Of a DNA stretch of 64,000 bases, positions 25,905 to 38,564 are shown one piece after another. The notes beneath the pieces are model-generated. The model saw only the letters and a program-made list of their open reading frames with translations. It ran no database searches and was not told where the DNA came from. Position 1 is the first letter of the stretch. Every line of letters starts with the position of its first letter. Origin of the DNA: Curvularia clavata (taxonomy: Eukaryota); the NCBI GenBank assembly GCA_023920165.1, contig CP089277.1:1736001-1800000 (forward strand), given 5' to 3'. Made by a program: the position numbers and the translations under genes.

Positions 25905-26992
25905 TTATAACCGTTCTGGTCCGCCACTGAAACTATAACCACTTCCGGAATGGCTGGGCTGCCTGTCTACGCCGCTTAGCGACGAGATTCCAGCTCCGGC
26001 GTCTCTTCGATACTCTTCGTATCCGCCGGGGCTCAGCGCATCAATGCCAGCGGCACTGTTGACTCTGCTGTGGCTGGAGTAATCGGCATACGGGGGCACA
26101 GTTCTTCCCTCACCCCAGCTCAGCGGCCGGCCTGGATGCCTGCCCTCATCTGTCTCCGTCGAGTGAAGTAAGGCGTACTCGTCTTCCTGCTGATTACCGC
26201 CATGTTCGGTACGCTGATCGAGAGAATCCGTAGAGTCGCGGCCGTTTGCAGTTTCAATCTCGGTGGACCAAGCTGCATCCTTGGGGTTGTTGTAGGCGGA
26301 GTCACCAGACGCGTAGTGGGGATTTTCGGACGAAGATTGGTATGGCATAACGCCTTCACGAAGGAATTTGTGCATGTAGTAGCCGGATATTGCCGTAGTA
26401 ATGGCGAAGAAGAGGCTGAGGTGTTGGTGTTAGTTAACATGTCAAAGAAGTTGGGCGTGTGCACAGGCGAGGCACTTACAACACCATGGCTCCTATGCCA
26501 ACAGCTGCCTTGCTGACGCTGCACTTGGCCTCGTCGCCGTATAGGAATGTTGTGCAATTCCGGTCGTCGTCCGGGACCTTGGCCTTCTTCGCGCCTTCTA
26601 TTATGCCATGAGAATTCCAAGTGGCCACCGCAACAAAAGCCGCAAACCACAGAATTGTGTATAAGACGTCGACGGCAAGAAAAGCGTAGGCCGAGGCAAA
26701 TCGTTTGGCGCGCGACCACATGGGTACCATTGTGAGGTAGATGATTGCTGGTATGGAAAGGAAGCACTATCGGACATTGTCAGCCTCAGTCTCAGATTTG
26801 GAGATAATATGACATCTGCGTAGACGTCCGGGTACAACTGACCATGGCAAAAAAGTACCTAGTTGCTCCCCCAATCTCTCCATCCTTGGTCATGACCGTG
26901 ATGGTCAAGCATGCTGCGATGAAGACGAATATGGCCTGGAAGCAATGGGCAACCACCTTGCACTTCTGGATATACGACTGTGGTATCCGCAT
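25905..26992 (-). CDS. MARVEL-domain four-TM membrane protein with a cytosolic tail (2 introns)
   Basis: Four hydrophobic segments (AHCFQAIFVFIAACLTI; FFAM|CFLSIPAIIYL; AVDVLYTILWFAAFVAVA; AAVGIGAMV|FFAITT), a Cys pair in the second loop and an acidic/Ser-rich tail. Confidence 0.75.
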
Positions 26993-29102
26993 CTTGTGCT
27001 GAGTGCTTTGTGCGCCGTTTCTGAAAAGCTACGGATGTGTGTCGCTGGGGCGGTCGCCGTCGTCGCCTCGGTGGTGGACAAAGGACGGGGAAAAAAGGGC
27101 GGACAGGCAGACTGTAAACACAACACAATAGAACTAGCTGGTCAGCCTTGTGGCGGCGGGATACGTGGATACGGCGTTCGGGAAGCCCGGCGGTGGGACC
27201 GAGAGTCGTTGTAGGCAACCTTGTTTTCGGTGCTTTATCTGCGCAAAGGATGGGTGCAATCCGTCAACAAGCCGATAAATAAACAACAGCGCTGAATGTA
27301 ACGACTGGAATGTGTGTATAGTCTGGTAGAGCGAGAGGCAGTGTCGAGAGGCAGTGATTGCGAGGCTCCGGTCCTCAGACACATGCAAAGTCTCAGCCTC
27401 AGCTTGGTGGATCCACCACTGTTGCCAGTTGCGCGTGTCCCCGCTGCGCGACCTGTCTGCCCAGCGACTGCAGGGATTGCGTTCTAACCCGGCAACCAAA
27501 CCAGTAGCGCCACAGCCGGTTATTAATAGAGGGGAGCTGAGCACACAAAGGAAAGGTGCTTCTCGCTGACGACGCTGCTGTTTCTGTAAATTTGATATGC
27601 ACCATGACGACGAATGTCGGCCATATATTCCTGCGAAGCCAGTTTGGGTCGCGATTCTGTCTTTAATCGATTTTGCCTTGCTTTTCTCCACCTGAACTGG
27701 CCCAGCGCCATCCCATGCCTCGTGCGCCTGCTGGCATGCGCCACAAGCGCCTTATCCACAACTGGGCGTTCTGCTTTGCAGCTGGCCAGCATCCTCGCAC
27801 AGCCACACGTCAGCTCTCGCATTACCTCACCACGACTATTATAATATCGGCTTCAGTAATGGCCATGGCAGTGGTGGTACTGGCCGTTCGCCTGTGCTAG
27901 GATAATTGTCAGTCAAAGGAAGTTCCAATACCAAAATGATGCAGGGCGCTGGTAGTGCTGAATCAGTCGGTATTGGGCTGGATCTGGCCCTCCTTTTGCT
28001 AGCATGTCACCCAGCGCCGGCTCGCATTACTAGACAAATGGCGAGGCTGAGAATGCCCAACAAAGCGTCTAGCACGAACCTCCCCCCTGATATCTTGATT
28101 CTCCATGTATGAAGCTCAGGCAACCAACAGTCCCATCTTCAGGGCAGCGAGGTGTTGTGGGATCGTGGAATTGCCTGGCGTCACCGTCATTGTGCGCGTA
28201 GATTTGCATGACCTGCTTGGCTACGCATCCAGCTATCTCGTTTCGATATCGAACTTTATAGGAGATGACGGATAAAAGTTGCTGTTGGCATCTGTTTAGG
28301 AGGCGCAGAAGTAGGAGAGTCATGTGCCCTTCAGCCTGATGCCGGCATCATTCATTGCAAAGAACTTTTTTCTATGAGCCTGGTCGTTTGTATGCGGCCT
28401 TGCCCCTCTAAATAGCGAAAGACGCATTTGTCGAGCTTCGAACTTCTCCCAGGAAGCATAGGCTTTTGTCAGACGAGTAATTCTCAGCATGTCGCAGAAC
28501 ATAGCTATTGAATCATTCCAGGAGTTTGACCATTCTTGGATGGCTTCATTCGCTGAGCTGCAAACATTCGTCATGCAATGCAAGTCGTGTTGGGAGATTG
28601 ATATGTTGTCTGGTGCAGCAACGACAAAATGAGAGCTGATTCCGAGTTTAAGCGAGTCTTGGCCCACCTCATCCCCTGTCACTTCCCCTTGCCCACACGT
28701 GGCTCGGAGACCAGTGCATCCTCAACATGCTATCGTTCCATCGCAGATCACCCGCATGGTTTTATGGAGATCATCAGCAATGTTGAAACGTCACAGTCTC
28801 TCCGTGTCTTTCCCCGCTGCATCTGGAGTGCTCTAGTACGCACTTAGCATGTTCCCCCCCACTTCGGGGTGCATCCGATCACGCGCAGTAGCTCATACTA
28901 ATCATTGTTTGCCAATTTTACCGACGATTATCTGTTTTGTAATCACAAAATAAATCCGGGGCAAGCATGACGGACACCTCACAGGAAATGCGTTAGCCGT
29001 CCTCAATCTTGCTCCACGACATGATCAGACTTTTTCTGCGTCAGTAGACGATATACCCACGCCCTTCGTGGCCAACCTTCCTTGTGGTTTTCCAGAAGCC
29101 AG

Positions 29103-30114
29103 ATGGCTTCCAGTTTCCGTCATTCTATTCCCTCCAGTCGGTTTCCTGCTGCAACGGGCCGGTATGTTTTGTACGTTAATTATGTCTGTCCGTGGGCGCA
29201 TCGAACCATTATTATACGCGCGTTGAAGAGACTCGAGAACATCATAGAGCTCGTGGAAGTAGACGCGCGAGATGCCGTCCATGGCTGGTATTTTTTAGGC
29301 CGAAGCGGTCCGGACAAGGATCCTATATACGGCTTCAAGTTTCTCAAAGAACTCTACTTGAAAGCAGATGCCAATTACCAAGGGAGAGTGACGATCCCCA
29401 TGCTATGGGATAAGCAGCATGGTAAATCCGACAACTCATCATTAGTAGTGAGTAGCGATAGTCTGACGTATGCTCAGGCACGATTGTCAACAACGAAAGC
29501 ACGGAGATTGCTCGCATACTGTTCACTGGCTTCGACTCCCTCTTGCCTCTCGAGCAGCGCGAGGCGAACAAGGGCATTGCTGCTTTTCGACCAGCTCACC
29601 TGGTCGCTGAAATCGACGTCCTCAACGCCTGGGTCTACGACACGGTAAACAATGGCGTTTACAAAGTCGGTTTTGCGACCTCGTTGTCGTCGTATAACCA
29701 CCATATGACGCAGCTCTTCCAGTCACTTGATCGACTCGAAAGCCATCTCTCGCAACCTAAGCATTATCCGTACCTCTTCGGTCAGCACATTACCGAGTCG
29801 GATATCTATCTATTTACGACGCTGGTGCGTTTCGATATGGCGTACTACACGTTCTTCAGGTGCAATCTGAAGATGATTCGTCGTGATTATCCTCGTCTAC
29901 ATGCGTGGTTGAGGCGGCTGTACTGGAGCAACGACTCGGAAACCTGTGGTGGTGTGTTTAGGACTAGCACTCATTTTGATGCAGTAGGCGGCAATTCTCT
30001 GACCTTTGTGCTAGATAGTGGCTAATGTTCCAGCAGATCACGAGGGGATACGGTTCTACGGTCGGCAAAAGTATAGCGCTGCCATATGTTGCACCGCCGA
30101 TCATGCCGCTGTGA
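29103..30114 (+). CDS. Omega/Xi-class glutathione transferase (glutathionyl-hydroquinone reductase, Ecm4/YqjG-like)
   Basis: SSFRH.I, GRYVLYVNYVCPWAHRT, Y.GRVTIPMLWD, IVNNES, NNGVYKVGFA, TLVRFD.AY...F.CN. Two introns seen. The 5' end is uncertain; an extra exon could start at ATG 28967. Confidence 0.88.
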
Positions 30115-30580
30115 ACTACCTTTCTTTCCTCGAGGCTTTTCATACATATTAGCTTTCTCGTGGTAAATCTCCAATTATATTACCAAGTCGTGCAGAAACT
30201 CGCTATTCATATATCTGGTAATCTTGGCCTGATGCATACAGTCTTTATGGGCATCTGAGGAATTTTCCGATTCTTTTCCTTGAAGCTGCCTCTTGTAGCT
30301 AGTTCAGACAAGCATGGAATTCCTTGCATTCGTGAAATCTTTTGTCAAACACGGTGTCGCCCTTGGCGCGTCATAATGAATTAACCTTTTCCACAGCATT
30401 GACCTGACCTAAAGCCGACAATACAGACATGAAAGTCACATGCAGTATACAAACAGCAAATTCAAGATTCCGTTCATGCAGAACGCTACACGGACAACTG
30501 ATCTTGGAAAATGAAAAAAAAAAAAGAATTTGATTTGTATTAATAAATTTATAGGTCTATTGAGCTGGAAAGATTCTATT

Positions 30581-32319
30581 CTACCCCCACACGCGGCACA
30601 TACGACCATCAGACTTGACATTCCAAGCCTCGCTGCCTACACCAACAGTGGTGTAGAACAAGCCCAAAGGATCCCACTTCTTCTTAATATCCAGCAGCTT
30701 GTCATAGTTGTCACCCCAGAATGTGTCCTGGAAGTTGGGCTGACGGAAATCAGCCTCGTTGACGTACGCACCGCTGCCTGGTGTTGCGGCTTCAACAAGA
30801 GGGATGATTTGGTTGGTCATCTTGTCCTGGACCTGGAATGCTTCGGTCCATGGGGCAGTAAAGTTCCAGGGAAGCGTCAGGGTGGCGTGCACAATCGTCT
30901 TGCGCCATGCGGGATGGACAGAGGTGGTATCCTCTGAACCGAATTTCGAGACATCGGTTCCCACACCGATCCATGTCACGCCCTTCTCAATAACGGCCTG
31001 CCAGGTATCGCTGATGTTGCCTACGACGTCACGGGGAATGAGGCGCCCGCCGTACTGTGCAATGCCAACTTGGATGTTTCCGAGAGGCAGCGGACCAAAG
31101 TACTTGTCGTAGTGCTCGTAGTAGGTGTTGAACTCGCTGTAGCTGGAGGTGAAGTTGACACCCATGGAGCTCAGTCTGGTCAGAAAGGGTGAAAGAATGG
31201 TTTTGACTTGTTCTTGGGTTCTGTTGTATGCGCTGAGTGGGGCAATGGAGAAGAAGTCGGTGGTAAAGTAGTGGACAACCATGGCTCCAGCATCGACCAT
31301 GCCAGGCAGCTCCTCGTGGAAGGCCTGGATGGCATCGTAGAAGGTGTCCTTGTTGTTGTCCTTGGCTAAAAAGTTTACAGTAGCGCCTCCAAACACGGCC
31401 TCTGGGTAGGCTTTAACGGTCATGGATACAACAACGCCGTATGTGCCACCGCCACCGCCCCTGAGGGCCCAGTACAGGTCGGAGTTTTCATTTGCGCTGG
31501 CATTGACAAGACTGCCGCAAGCAGTGACGACTTGGAAATCGAGTGCATTGTCTGCAGCAAGTCCAAAGCTAGTACTGACAGCCGAGTGACCACCACCTTG
31601 GGTGTAACCACCAGCAACGCCGACGGTAGGACATTCGCCTCCAACGGTGACCAATCCGCGGTCTCTGGCAGCAGCCATCAACTCGAATCCTTGTACACCA
31701 GCACCAATTTTAAAGGCCGGGCCTTTGTATCCAGCGCCCTGGTACGATGGGACATATGTAATATCCTTGAGGTAATGGGTCCAGACGGCTAGTGAGCCAG
31801 CGCCAGTGGAGCGGCCAAGGTAGTCGTGACCAGTGTTGCGAATAACCAGGCGGATGTTCCTAAGAGTAGCATACTCGATAGCCCGTTGGATGTCCTGGGG
31901 TCCCGAGGCATTCACAGCATAGCGAACATAGTTTCCAAGCTCGCACGGGCGGTCGCGAGGCTGGAAGGGATCACAGCTCTGGTTGGCGAAGAAAGGTGCC
32001 ATAACCGAAGAGGATGAATCGTAACTGGTCCAGCGTAAGCGCAACTCTCTTGGAAACACGAGCGTCAGATGACCTACTGGATCTTCTCAGTTTGCCATTG
32101 GCTCTTGAGGCTTTCGCACGTGGCACTGTTAAACGATGCACCGTGGCATGGTGCACCTAGTGGTACAGTTGCCACAAGACGTCCACCCACGGTCTTGTTG
32201 AACAGACTCCATTCAAACGGTTGGGGCCAGAACCAGTCTCCTGGGAACGTCTTGCAGCCGTCGAAGATGCTGGCAGACGCAAGGCCGTTGAGTGCAAGTA
32301 CAAGACTTAGAGACCGCAT
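30581..32319 (-). CDS. Secreted FAD-linked oxidoreductase, BBE-like/VAO family (isoamyl-alcohol-oxidase type, 1 intron)
   Basis: Signal peptide, CKTFPGD..WP, RNTGHDYLGRS (His-FAD), GGECPTVG (Cys-FAD), GGGHS, LYWALRGGGG and BBE tail AYVNEAD...FWGDNY..L..IK.KWDP. Confidence 0.93.
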
Positions 32320-33470
32320 GGTGGGAGTCTGTCGAACAGAGAAAGCCGTGGACAGAGCAAGCCTTGTCTTGAACAGCGGCCTGCATATTATAAGAAGCGC
32401 CCTGGAAGCCCTGGAAGCCTTGGACCCTGGCGAGGCCCTCGACTAAGATGGTTATGGCACGGGAGAGGTTAGTAGTGTCCGGTGGCGTGGGTCCTTGCGG
32501 CTACAGCCACGCACGTGTGCGGCATAGCCATGGGAAGTGCCGGTCTGTGGCTTGGAGTCGCACCACGCATTACATCTTCTGGAAAAGTCGCTCTGCGTAT
32601 GGCATTCCAACGACGCTGCATTCTGTCGGCCAAAGGAACAAGCCGCACCAGGCATCCAAATTCTGCGTCAAGTCCGCGTTTCCCGGACGTGACAACATCC
32701 CTGACCATGAGGCGTTATTGATTCGGCAGTCGTGGGGGATAATTGCGCCGAGTGAAGCATCAAGCACCTTTCCCCGGTCTAGCGGCATCATACCATGCCC
32801 AAGCAACTCGCCCATCCCGCTTGCTACAAGGGACGGGTCGGCGCCTTTTCGAGGCGACTTGTAAAACCTGTACTTCATTGTTCTAGGCCATATCAGCGTT
32901 AGGAGAGACGACCGCATTGGGCGCCCATCCGAGCACCGCAGGGCAGAGTCCATGCCCTCTGCACCCTCACACACGTACACTAGTCGTCATCTAGTCCCTA
33001 CAAATTCCGGTGGCATTCAGTATAGCGCACAGCGGCCGAACCAGGGTTCCGGATCTTGGTGCACACACTAGCAACCGCGACAACCCCATGTCACCAAGTC
33101 TCAAAGGCTTCATTGTGCGCATGATACGATATCGCACATTCGAGTACCAGCAAATGTAAACACTAGTCTAATATCAGCGTTTAGTGTGCGCTTCACGAAC
33201 TGATCTCGGTGATACTTTCGTCGTAATGTCAAGCGAAGTGGTCTGCCGCTCTGCAGGGTGGCTCGACCAAGTCAGTGCATGCCCTCCTGCGGCAATTCAC
33301 CCATCTGTTACAGTCGGTTGCAGTGTGAACCCCTTCCCCGGGTAATACTAGAGGCTGTAAGAATGTCATCGAAGGTAACTAGTCAAACCATGTCATCTGT
33401 TCTTATGTAGGCTTGAATCCCCACCCAATGCATGACAGATCATCAAGGAAGAATCGTGCACTCTGCTACC

Positions 33471-34880
33471 ATGGGCTGGACCTACAACACTGCCGACAAT
33501 GTTCCCACTGAAGGTCCACACATAGCAGCGATTGCCATCATATTCACCATCGCATCGTTCGTGGTACTGTCACTCCGTCTCTATGTTCGAGGTTGGATGA
33601 TCAAGACAATCGGACCTGGTACGTGTATCCCCGGGGGCTTACGCTTGACGATCATAGCTGACTTTGGCTCACTAACAGACGATGTCATTTTGGGGTTCAC
33701 TTGGGTAAGTAATCAAGTCGATTATCTGCTAGAGAACTGTCTCTGAGGAGTTACAGGTGGCATGTTGCGGCTTTGCTGTCGTGAGCGTCCTTCGTATGTC
33801 AACTCGGCTGTTTCAAATTGCTTTAACTGACAAAGTCCTTCAGAGACACGATGGGGTCTTGGATTGGTCAAAGTGACGGATATGCCGGATCAGAACCTGT
33901 TCAATTTTGGACTGGTAAGTAAAGGTTTACAGAGTGTCGTAGAGCAGTGGCTAACGATGGCAGTTGCAATACATTGGTGCCCCATTGTAAGCCTGAGAGT
34001 ACCGCTGTTTTTCTCTGGATCAACCAATTAACGACACTACCAGCTACATTACGAGCATCATGGGCTTCAAGCTTAGTCTGATGTTGACCTATCTTCGATT
34101 CATGCCCAAGGGCCTAGCACGTATGGTGACTATCGGGGTCATAGTATTCTGTATAATCTTCCACCTTACCTTCCTCATCATCCAGATCAACCTATGTACT
34201 CCAGTGAGTCACAATCTCATGCAAACTGAACTTGTTTTGCTCACCATGTTTAGATTGCTATGCAGTGGGACCGAAAACTCACAGGAACCTGCTTACCTGC
34301 AGTACCTGTCTATACCACCACATCATCCATAACAATTGTCCTTGACGTCACAGTGTACGTATACAGGTTACAATCTACAGATCAAAAGCTCACTCCAACA
34401 AGCATGTTCCTCCCCTTCCCCGTTCTGCTCAAGAGCAGCATTCAAAAGAGAAAGAAGGTAGTTCTTCTCGGTCTCCTTGCCCTCGGCACCTTTATCACCA
34501 TCATCCAAGTCATCCGCATTCAGACCATCAGCAACCTAGCCAACTACCTCGACTCGCGGGGCGTCATCATGTGGTCGACTGTCGAAAACAATCTTGGTGT
34601 CATCGTCGCTTCGATACCCACCCTCGCACCCCTCTTCACCTTCTTCGTCGACAAAACACAAAGGAGCTCATCGGGAAACTCCAAGGGGCGAGCCCTCTAC
34701 GCCCTCCGATCCAAGCGCAGCACAAGACAGGCCTCCATCCCCCTTGGAAGCGGCGTCCACGGCACAGCGACACACAATCGCGGCTCTTTCGACCGAGGCA
34801 GTGAGGAATCCATCCTGCATCGCCAAGGCGCAATCACATTGAAAACAGAAGTCACAGTCTCGTCCCGTCCCTGTGACTGA
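33471..34880 (+). CDS. PTH11-like (fungal rhodopsin-domain) integral membrane protein without a CFEM domain (7 introns)
   Basis: SLRLYVR...IGP|DD, WGLG, FKLSLMLTYLR, CTP|IAMQWD...C, LD...LPFP, WS.VE.NLGVIVASIPTLAPLF. Micro-exons are bounded by canonical GT..CTRAC..AG introns. Confidence 0.88.
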
Positions 34881-36560
34881 ACAGTGTAAGATTAGGAAAA
34901 CAATAGACCGATAATGGTATACACAACCACACATACATACGTACTTCGTGGGGGCGCAGTCATGCTGCGGAAGCGGGAACAAAAACGGCCCAATTTAATT
35001 GTAACAATTAACCGACATGGAAACCTTGTTTATCTCCCTCTCCCCCAAGTTTCAACGAGCAATAATGCACTTTCAATATTAAAAAAAGAGCCCGGTCCAA
35101 TCGATAGCATGAGTGTCGGCCACAAAGATGCCATTTCAGCGCACGATATGAATCGCAGGTATCCAAATTGAACACCCGACCTAGGAGGAGTCCAATCCTA
35201 TTACGATTTTGGCTTCAACGAATTCGCGCTAAGGGAAATCCTTCGACGGCATATCCCACGGCCCCAAGCGCCCAAGCGCAAAACGACTCCAACCCGTTTT
35301 CATTTCACATAATACCCCCTGTCGGAAGATTAGATTTTTGGGGTCAGACACATAAGATCATCACGGATACATGCCCTTTTGGAGTAAAATGCCAACGAAT
35401 CACATGTCTGTCTTATTTCTTCCATTTCACTCTGCCCTGTGACAGGTCAGGATAAGCCGGTTTTTCTCGACATAATCTTGGTCACTGGAATACAAGTGGA
35501 AAAAAGAAAAGAGAAGAAGAAGAAAAAAACACGATGTTCATGGCCAGATACAGACGTGCAGTCCTCGCACGTTTCTTCCAATTTCCGCAAGAACAGGCCA
35601 ATGAGCTACTAGCCAGTGTTTCTCGGAGCAAAGGGAAAGGAAGTGTCGGAGGCTTCGGAGCAGGCAAGTAGACGGAAGTTTTTTTCTCCTCGGCCGCTAG
35701 TTGTGAAACGGGCAGGTAGCGGAGAACTAATATGTAACTTAACACCAATACCGGTCCGGTCCCTTCCACATGCACACTTGGCATTGCTGTTGTGTTGCAT
35801 GAGTCTGGTTCTTGTCCTTAGGTAAGGGAGACTTTCCTCTTCGACTAGTCGGCTAGCACGTATCGCACCGACATATGCCCAATTACACGCTGCGGAGGCT
35901 GGGAGATTACGGCGGCGAATCCATTCAAGTCTATAAGTTTACGGGGACTTTGCACAGTGTACTGGACAAGACATAACCACTGTCATTGGTTCGACATGAT
36001 ATTCACAATCATCTCTAACATCATCCGCAACAAAGTCCACAAGGGCGGGCTGTAGTTTGTCTTAGGTTATGCAAATGTAACAATACATATGTACATATAC
36101 AGGGAACGAGTATGTGAAACGCAGACTGGCGTGACAGCGGCTGCTGTGACAGGTAATGCTTAATGTGGTGTACAGTGCGCACTTCTGCGATCGCATGACA
36201 GCTGCTGGACTAGTAAATAATACGAACAAGAAAAAGAGAAAAAGGGTGAATAGTTCAAGTAAGCCGACATGTCTGAAGCCGCCCAAAGTACAGATCAGGT
36301 CACGTGCCTTATCCTCCCAGTCCACCACGCTTCGACGGAGATTCCCTGCATCGCAAAACAGTCTACATATGAATATTCCGATCGATCGATCATAACAGCA
36401 CACATAAGCCCCTGCACAAAGAGCGCTGACATGTCCATGTGGCAGCCACACTTCGCATGCCCAGACCTCTACACAGCCCAGGCACCCCCACCAAAAAGTG
36501 ATCCCCTAGCCCCCTAGACCACAATGACATACAAAAACAGATGACCGCGATTGCGAGAGC

Positions 36561-36566
36561 AAAAAA
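36561..36566 (-). terminator. RNA polymerase III terminator (T6) of tRNA-Ala
   Basis: TTTTTT lies 3 nt downstream of the tRNA 3' end. Confidence 0.85.
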
Positions 36567-36569
36567 GGA

Positions 36570-36641
36570 TGGACTCGCGGGGAATCGAACCCCGGACCAC
36601 TCCCATGCTAAGGGAGTATTATACCACTAAACCACAAGCCC
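36570..36641 (-). tRNA. tRNA-Ala (AGC), no intron
   Basis: Reverse complement is GGGCTTGTGGTTTAGTGGTATAATACTCCCTTAGCATGGGAGTGGTCCGGGGTTCGATTCCCCGCGAGTCCA. It folds to a cloverleaf with anticodon AGC, the G3:U70 Ala identity pair and a TTCGA T-loop. Confidence 0.97.
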
Positions 36642-37511
36642 AGACGGTTAATGAAACAACTGATTTGTTGTTCACTTGTTCGATGGAAAGATTTGGACTC
36701 AAAAACATTATATTTCAACACCGTTGAGACGATACGATCAACGGTCGCGCCTCCCGGATGTCTCGGTAACCGGTACTTTTACGGTCCTTTCGCTACTAGC
36801 GAGGGGACGCTGGACGGGGCTGACTCGCTAGCTGCCTACCACACCCACACTAACCTAGGCTGTTCCCCTACTGAGCCACCACCAACACGGTGTAGCTATG
36901 TAGGCTTCGGACTAATGTCCCGCTTCGTTATTGTAGGCATCCGACTAGGTAGCCCAGTGACATACATTGTACTATGGTCTCCTGGCTAAGAAGTCTCGCG
37001 TGGTCCCCATTATCTGGTACGCATAAGGAAAAAAAAATCGCGCTGGAAGCGGCGGTGTGTTGGACAGCATGATTCCTTGCGGTAATCTCTTGAGAGATAT
37101 TTTCAGTACCGTTGGTCGGGACTCGATGTGCTTCACGCGCTGACAAGAAAGGTAACAGCTCCGAGGAGACAGTAACACCGGCGCCGCGCTGTTGCTTATG
37201 GTAAACTACCGATTTAATCGTACGTTCTGTGGAGTCGCGGACGGAAGAATGCCTCTGGAGGTGAGCTTCTGCGAGCAAGGCCTTGGGGCGGGTGTTCCGG
37301 GCAAAATGACAAATTGGACGCGCATGCTTGAGTGAGAGACGAACGGTTCATCGTGGTCTTAACAGTTTTGTATTGCTTGTCGCTGTACAGAAACTTCTGC
37401 GTGTAATTGCTGCGAGAACCAACATTCCATCTTGCTATACCGTTTGTCTCTAAATGCCGCTTAGGTCGAGTCTTGAGGCATTTTTGCAGCCTGCTTTCGC
37501 GTCGTAAATTT

Positions 37512-38564
37512 CTAAGCATGGCCAGATGATCTGGACCCCAATTCTTTCTCACGCCTCTCCAACTCCTTTTCTCTTTTGTCCAACTCGGCTTCTCTGCGAT
37601 TCAGTTCCTCTTCCCGCTGGCTGAGTTGCTTTGCTCGCTTATCTGCCTCTGCAGCACGCGAACTTGGGTCTTCTCTACCCTGGGTTAGCTCAACACCTGT
37701 ATTGGGTCTGGTAGTCGTATTCGATGCTCCTTTATTGTCCTCCCTCGATTGCACGTTGAGTTTTCGTGGCTTTTTACGGCCCTGGCCACCATCCGTGTGG
37801 GTCGAGGCTGGAGGCGATTGCTGATCGGACGGATCTTCCCCAGAACCCGGCCCTGGTTTACCCCTGGTTGCCTGTGCACCCGCTTTGGCTGCATCCGAGA
37901 CGTCTTTCTGATTCGGAATCATGCCTTTTGCATTCTGCAACCAGCCCTCATCTAGCTGGCCTCCGCCACCTTCATTCTTTAGTTTCTCAAGCTCTTCCGT
38001 ACCAGGCATCTCTTCCTCGTTAGCTTGTCCGACCATCTTCTCCAATGTCCGCTTCTGCTCCTCGCTCGCGGCCCAGTCCGGGAGAAAGCTTGTCAGTTTT
38101 TTCATCCCTTTTCCTGCTACTTTGCCCATATTCACAAACGGTCCGTGAAGCGCTCCCGTGACACCGCCTATACCAGCCCCTAGCCCACCCAGAAGCGTCG
38201 ATGAAACGCCTCCGACCAGAGTTCCAGTGATTGCCCCTAGCGTTGCTCCTGGCGCAACACCAAGACCTGTGCCCATAGCCATGCCTTGAAAAGTGCCAGA
38301 GCGTAGGTACTTTGCGGTTTTTCCGAATGACTCGGCTTCGATTTCAGCATTGGTAGCCTCTTCTGTCAGCCTCTCTCGCTCGTCGGCATCGCCTGCAGCA
38401 GCTGCTGCATCTCGTAACTCCTTGGCCTTCTTTTGAGCAGCAAGAGCAGCATTGGCGGCCTTCCCTGATTCTTGACGGACTTCTTCCTCGGAAACAGCAG
38501 GTTTGTTGGATTCTCCGTCCTTTGATGTCTGCTCGCTATTTTTGTTGAGTTTTCTCGGAGGCAT
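37512..38564 (-). CDS. Hypothetical glycine-zipper protein with flanking coiled coils, intronless
   Basis: 350-aa ORF from MPPRKLN, with an Ala/Glu-rich helix, a GxxxG run (GMAMGTGLGVAPGATLGAITGTLVGGVSSTLLGGLGAGIGGVTGALHG) and C-terminal REEELN/REAELD/REKELE heptad repeats. Confidence 0.8.
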   Translation of the reverse strand: MPPRKLNKNSEQTSKDGESNKPAVSEEEVRQESGKAANAALAAQKKAKELRDAAAAAGDADERERLTEEATNAEIEAESFGKTAKYLRSGTFQGMAMGTGLGVAPGATLGAITGTLVGGVSSTLLGGLGAGIGGVTGALHGPFVNMGKVAGKGMKKLTSFLPDWAASEEQKRTLEKMVGQANEEEMPGTEELEKLKNEGGGGQLDEGWLQNAKGMIPNQKDVSDAAKAGAQATRGKPGPGSGEDPSDQQSPPASTHTDGGQGRKKPRKLNVQSREDNKGASNTTTRPNTGVELTQGREDPSSRAAEADKRAKQLSQREEELNRREAELDKREKELERREKELGSRSSGHA

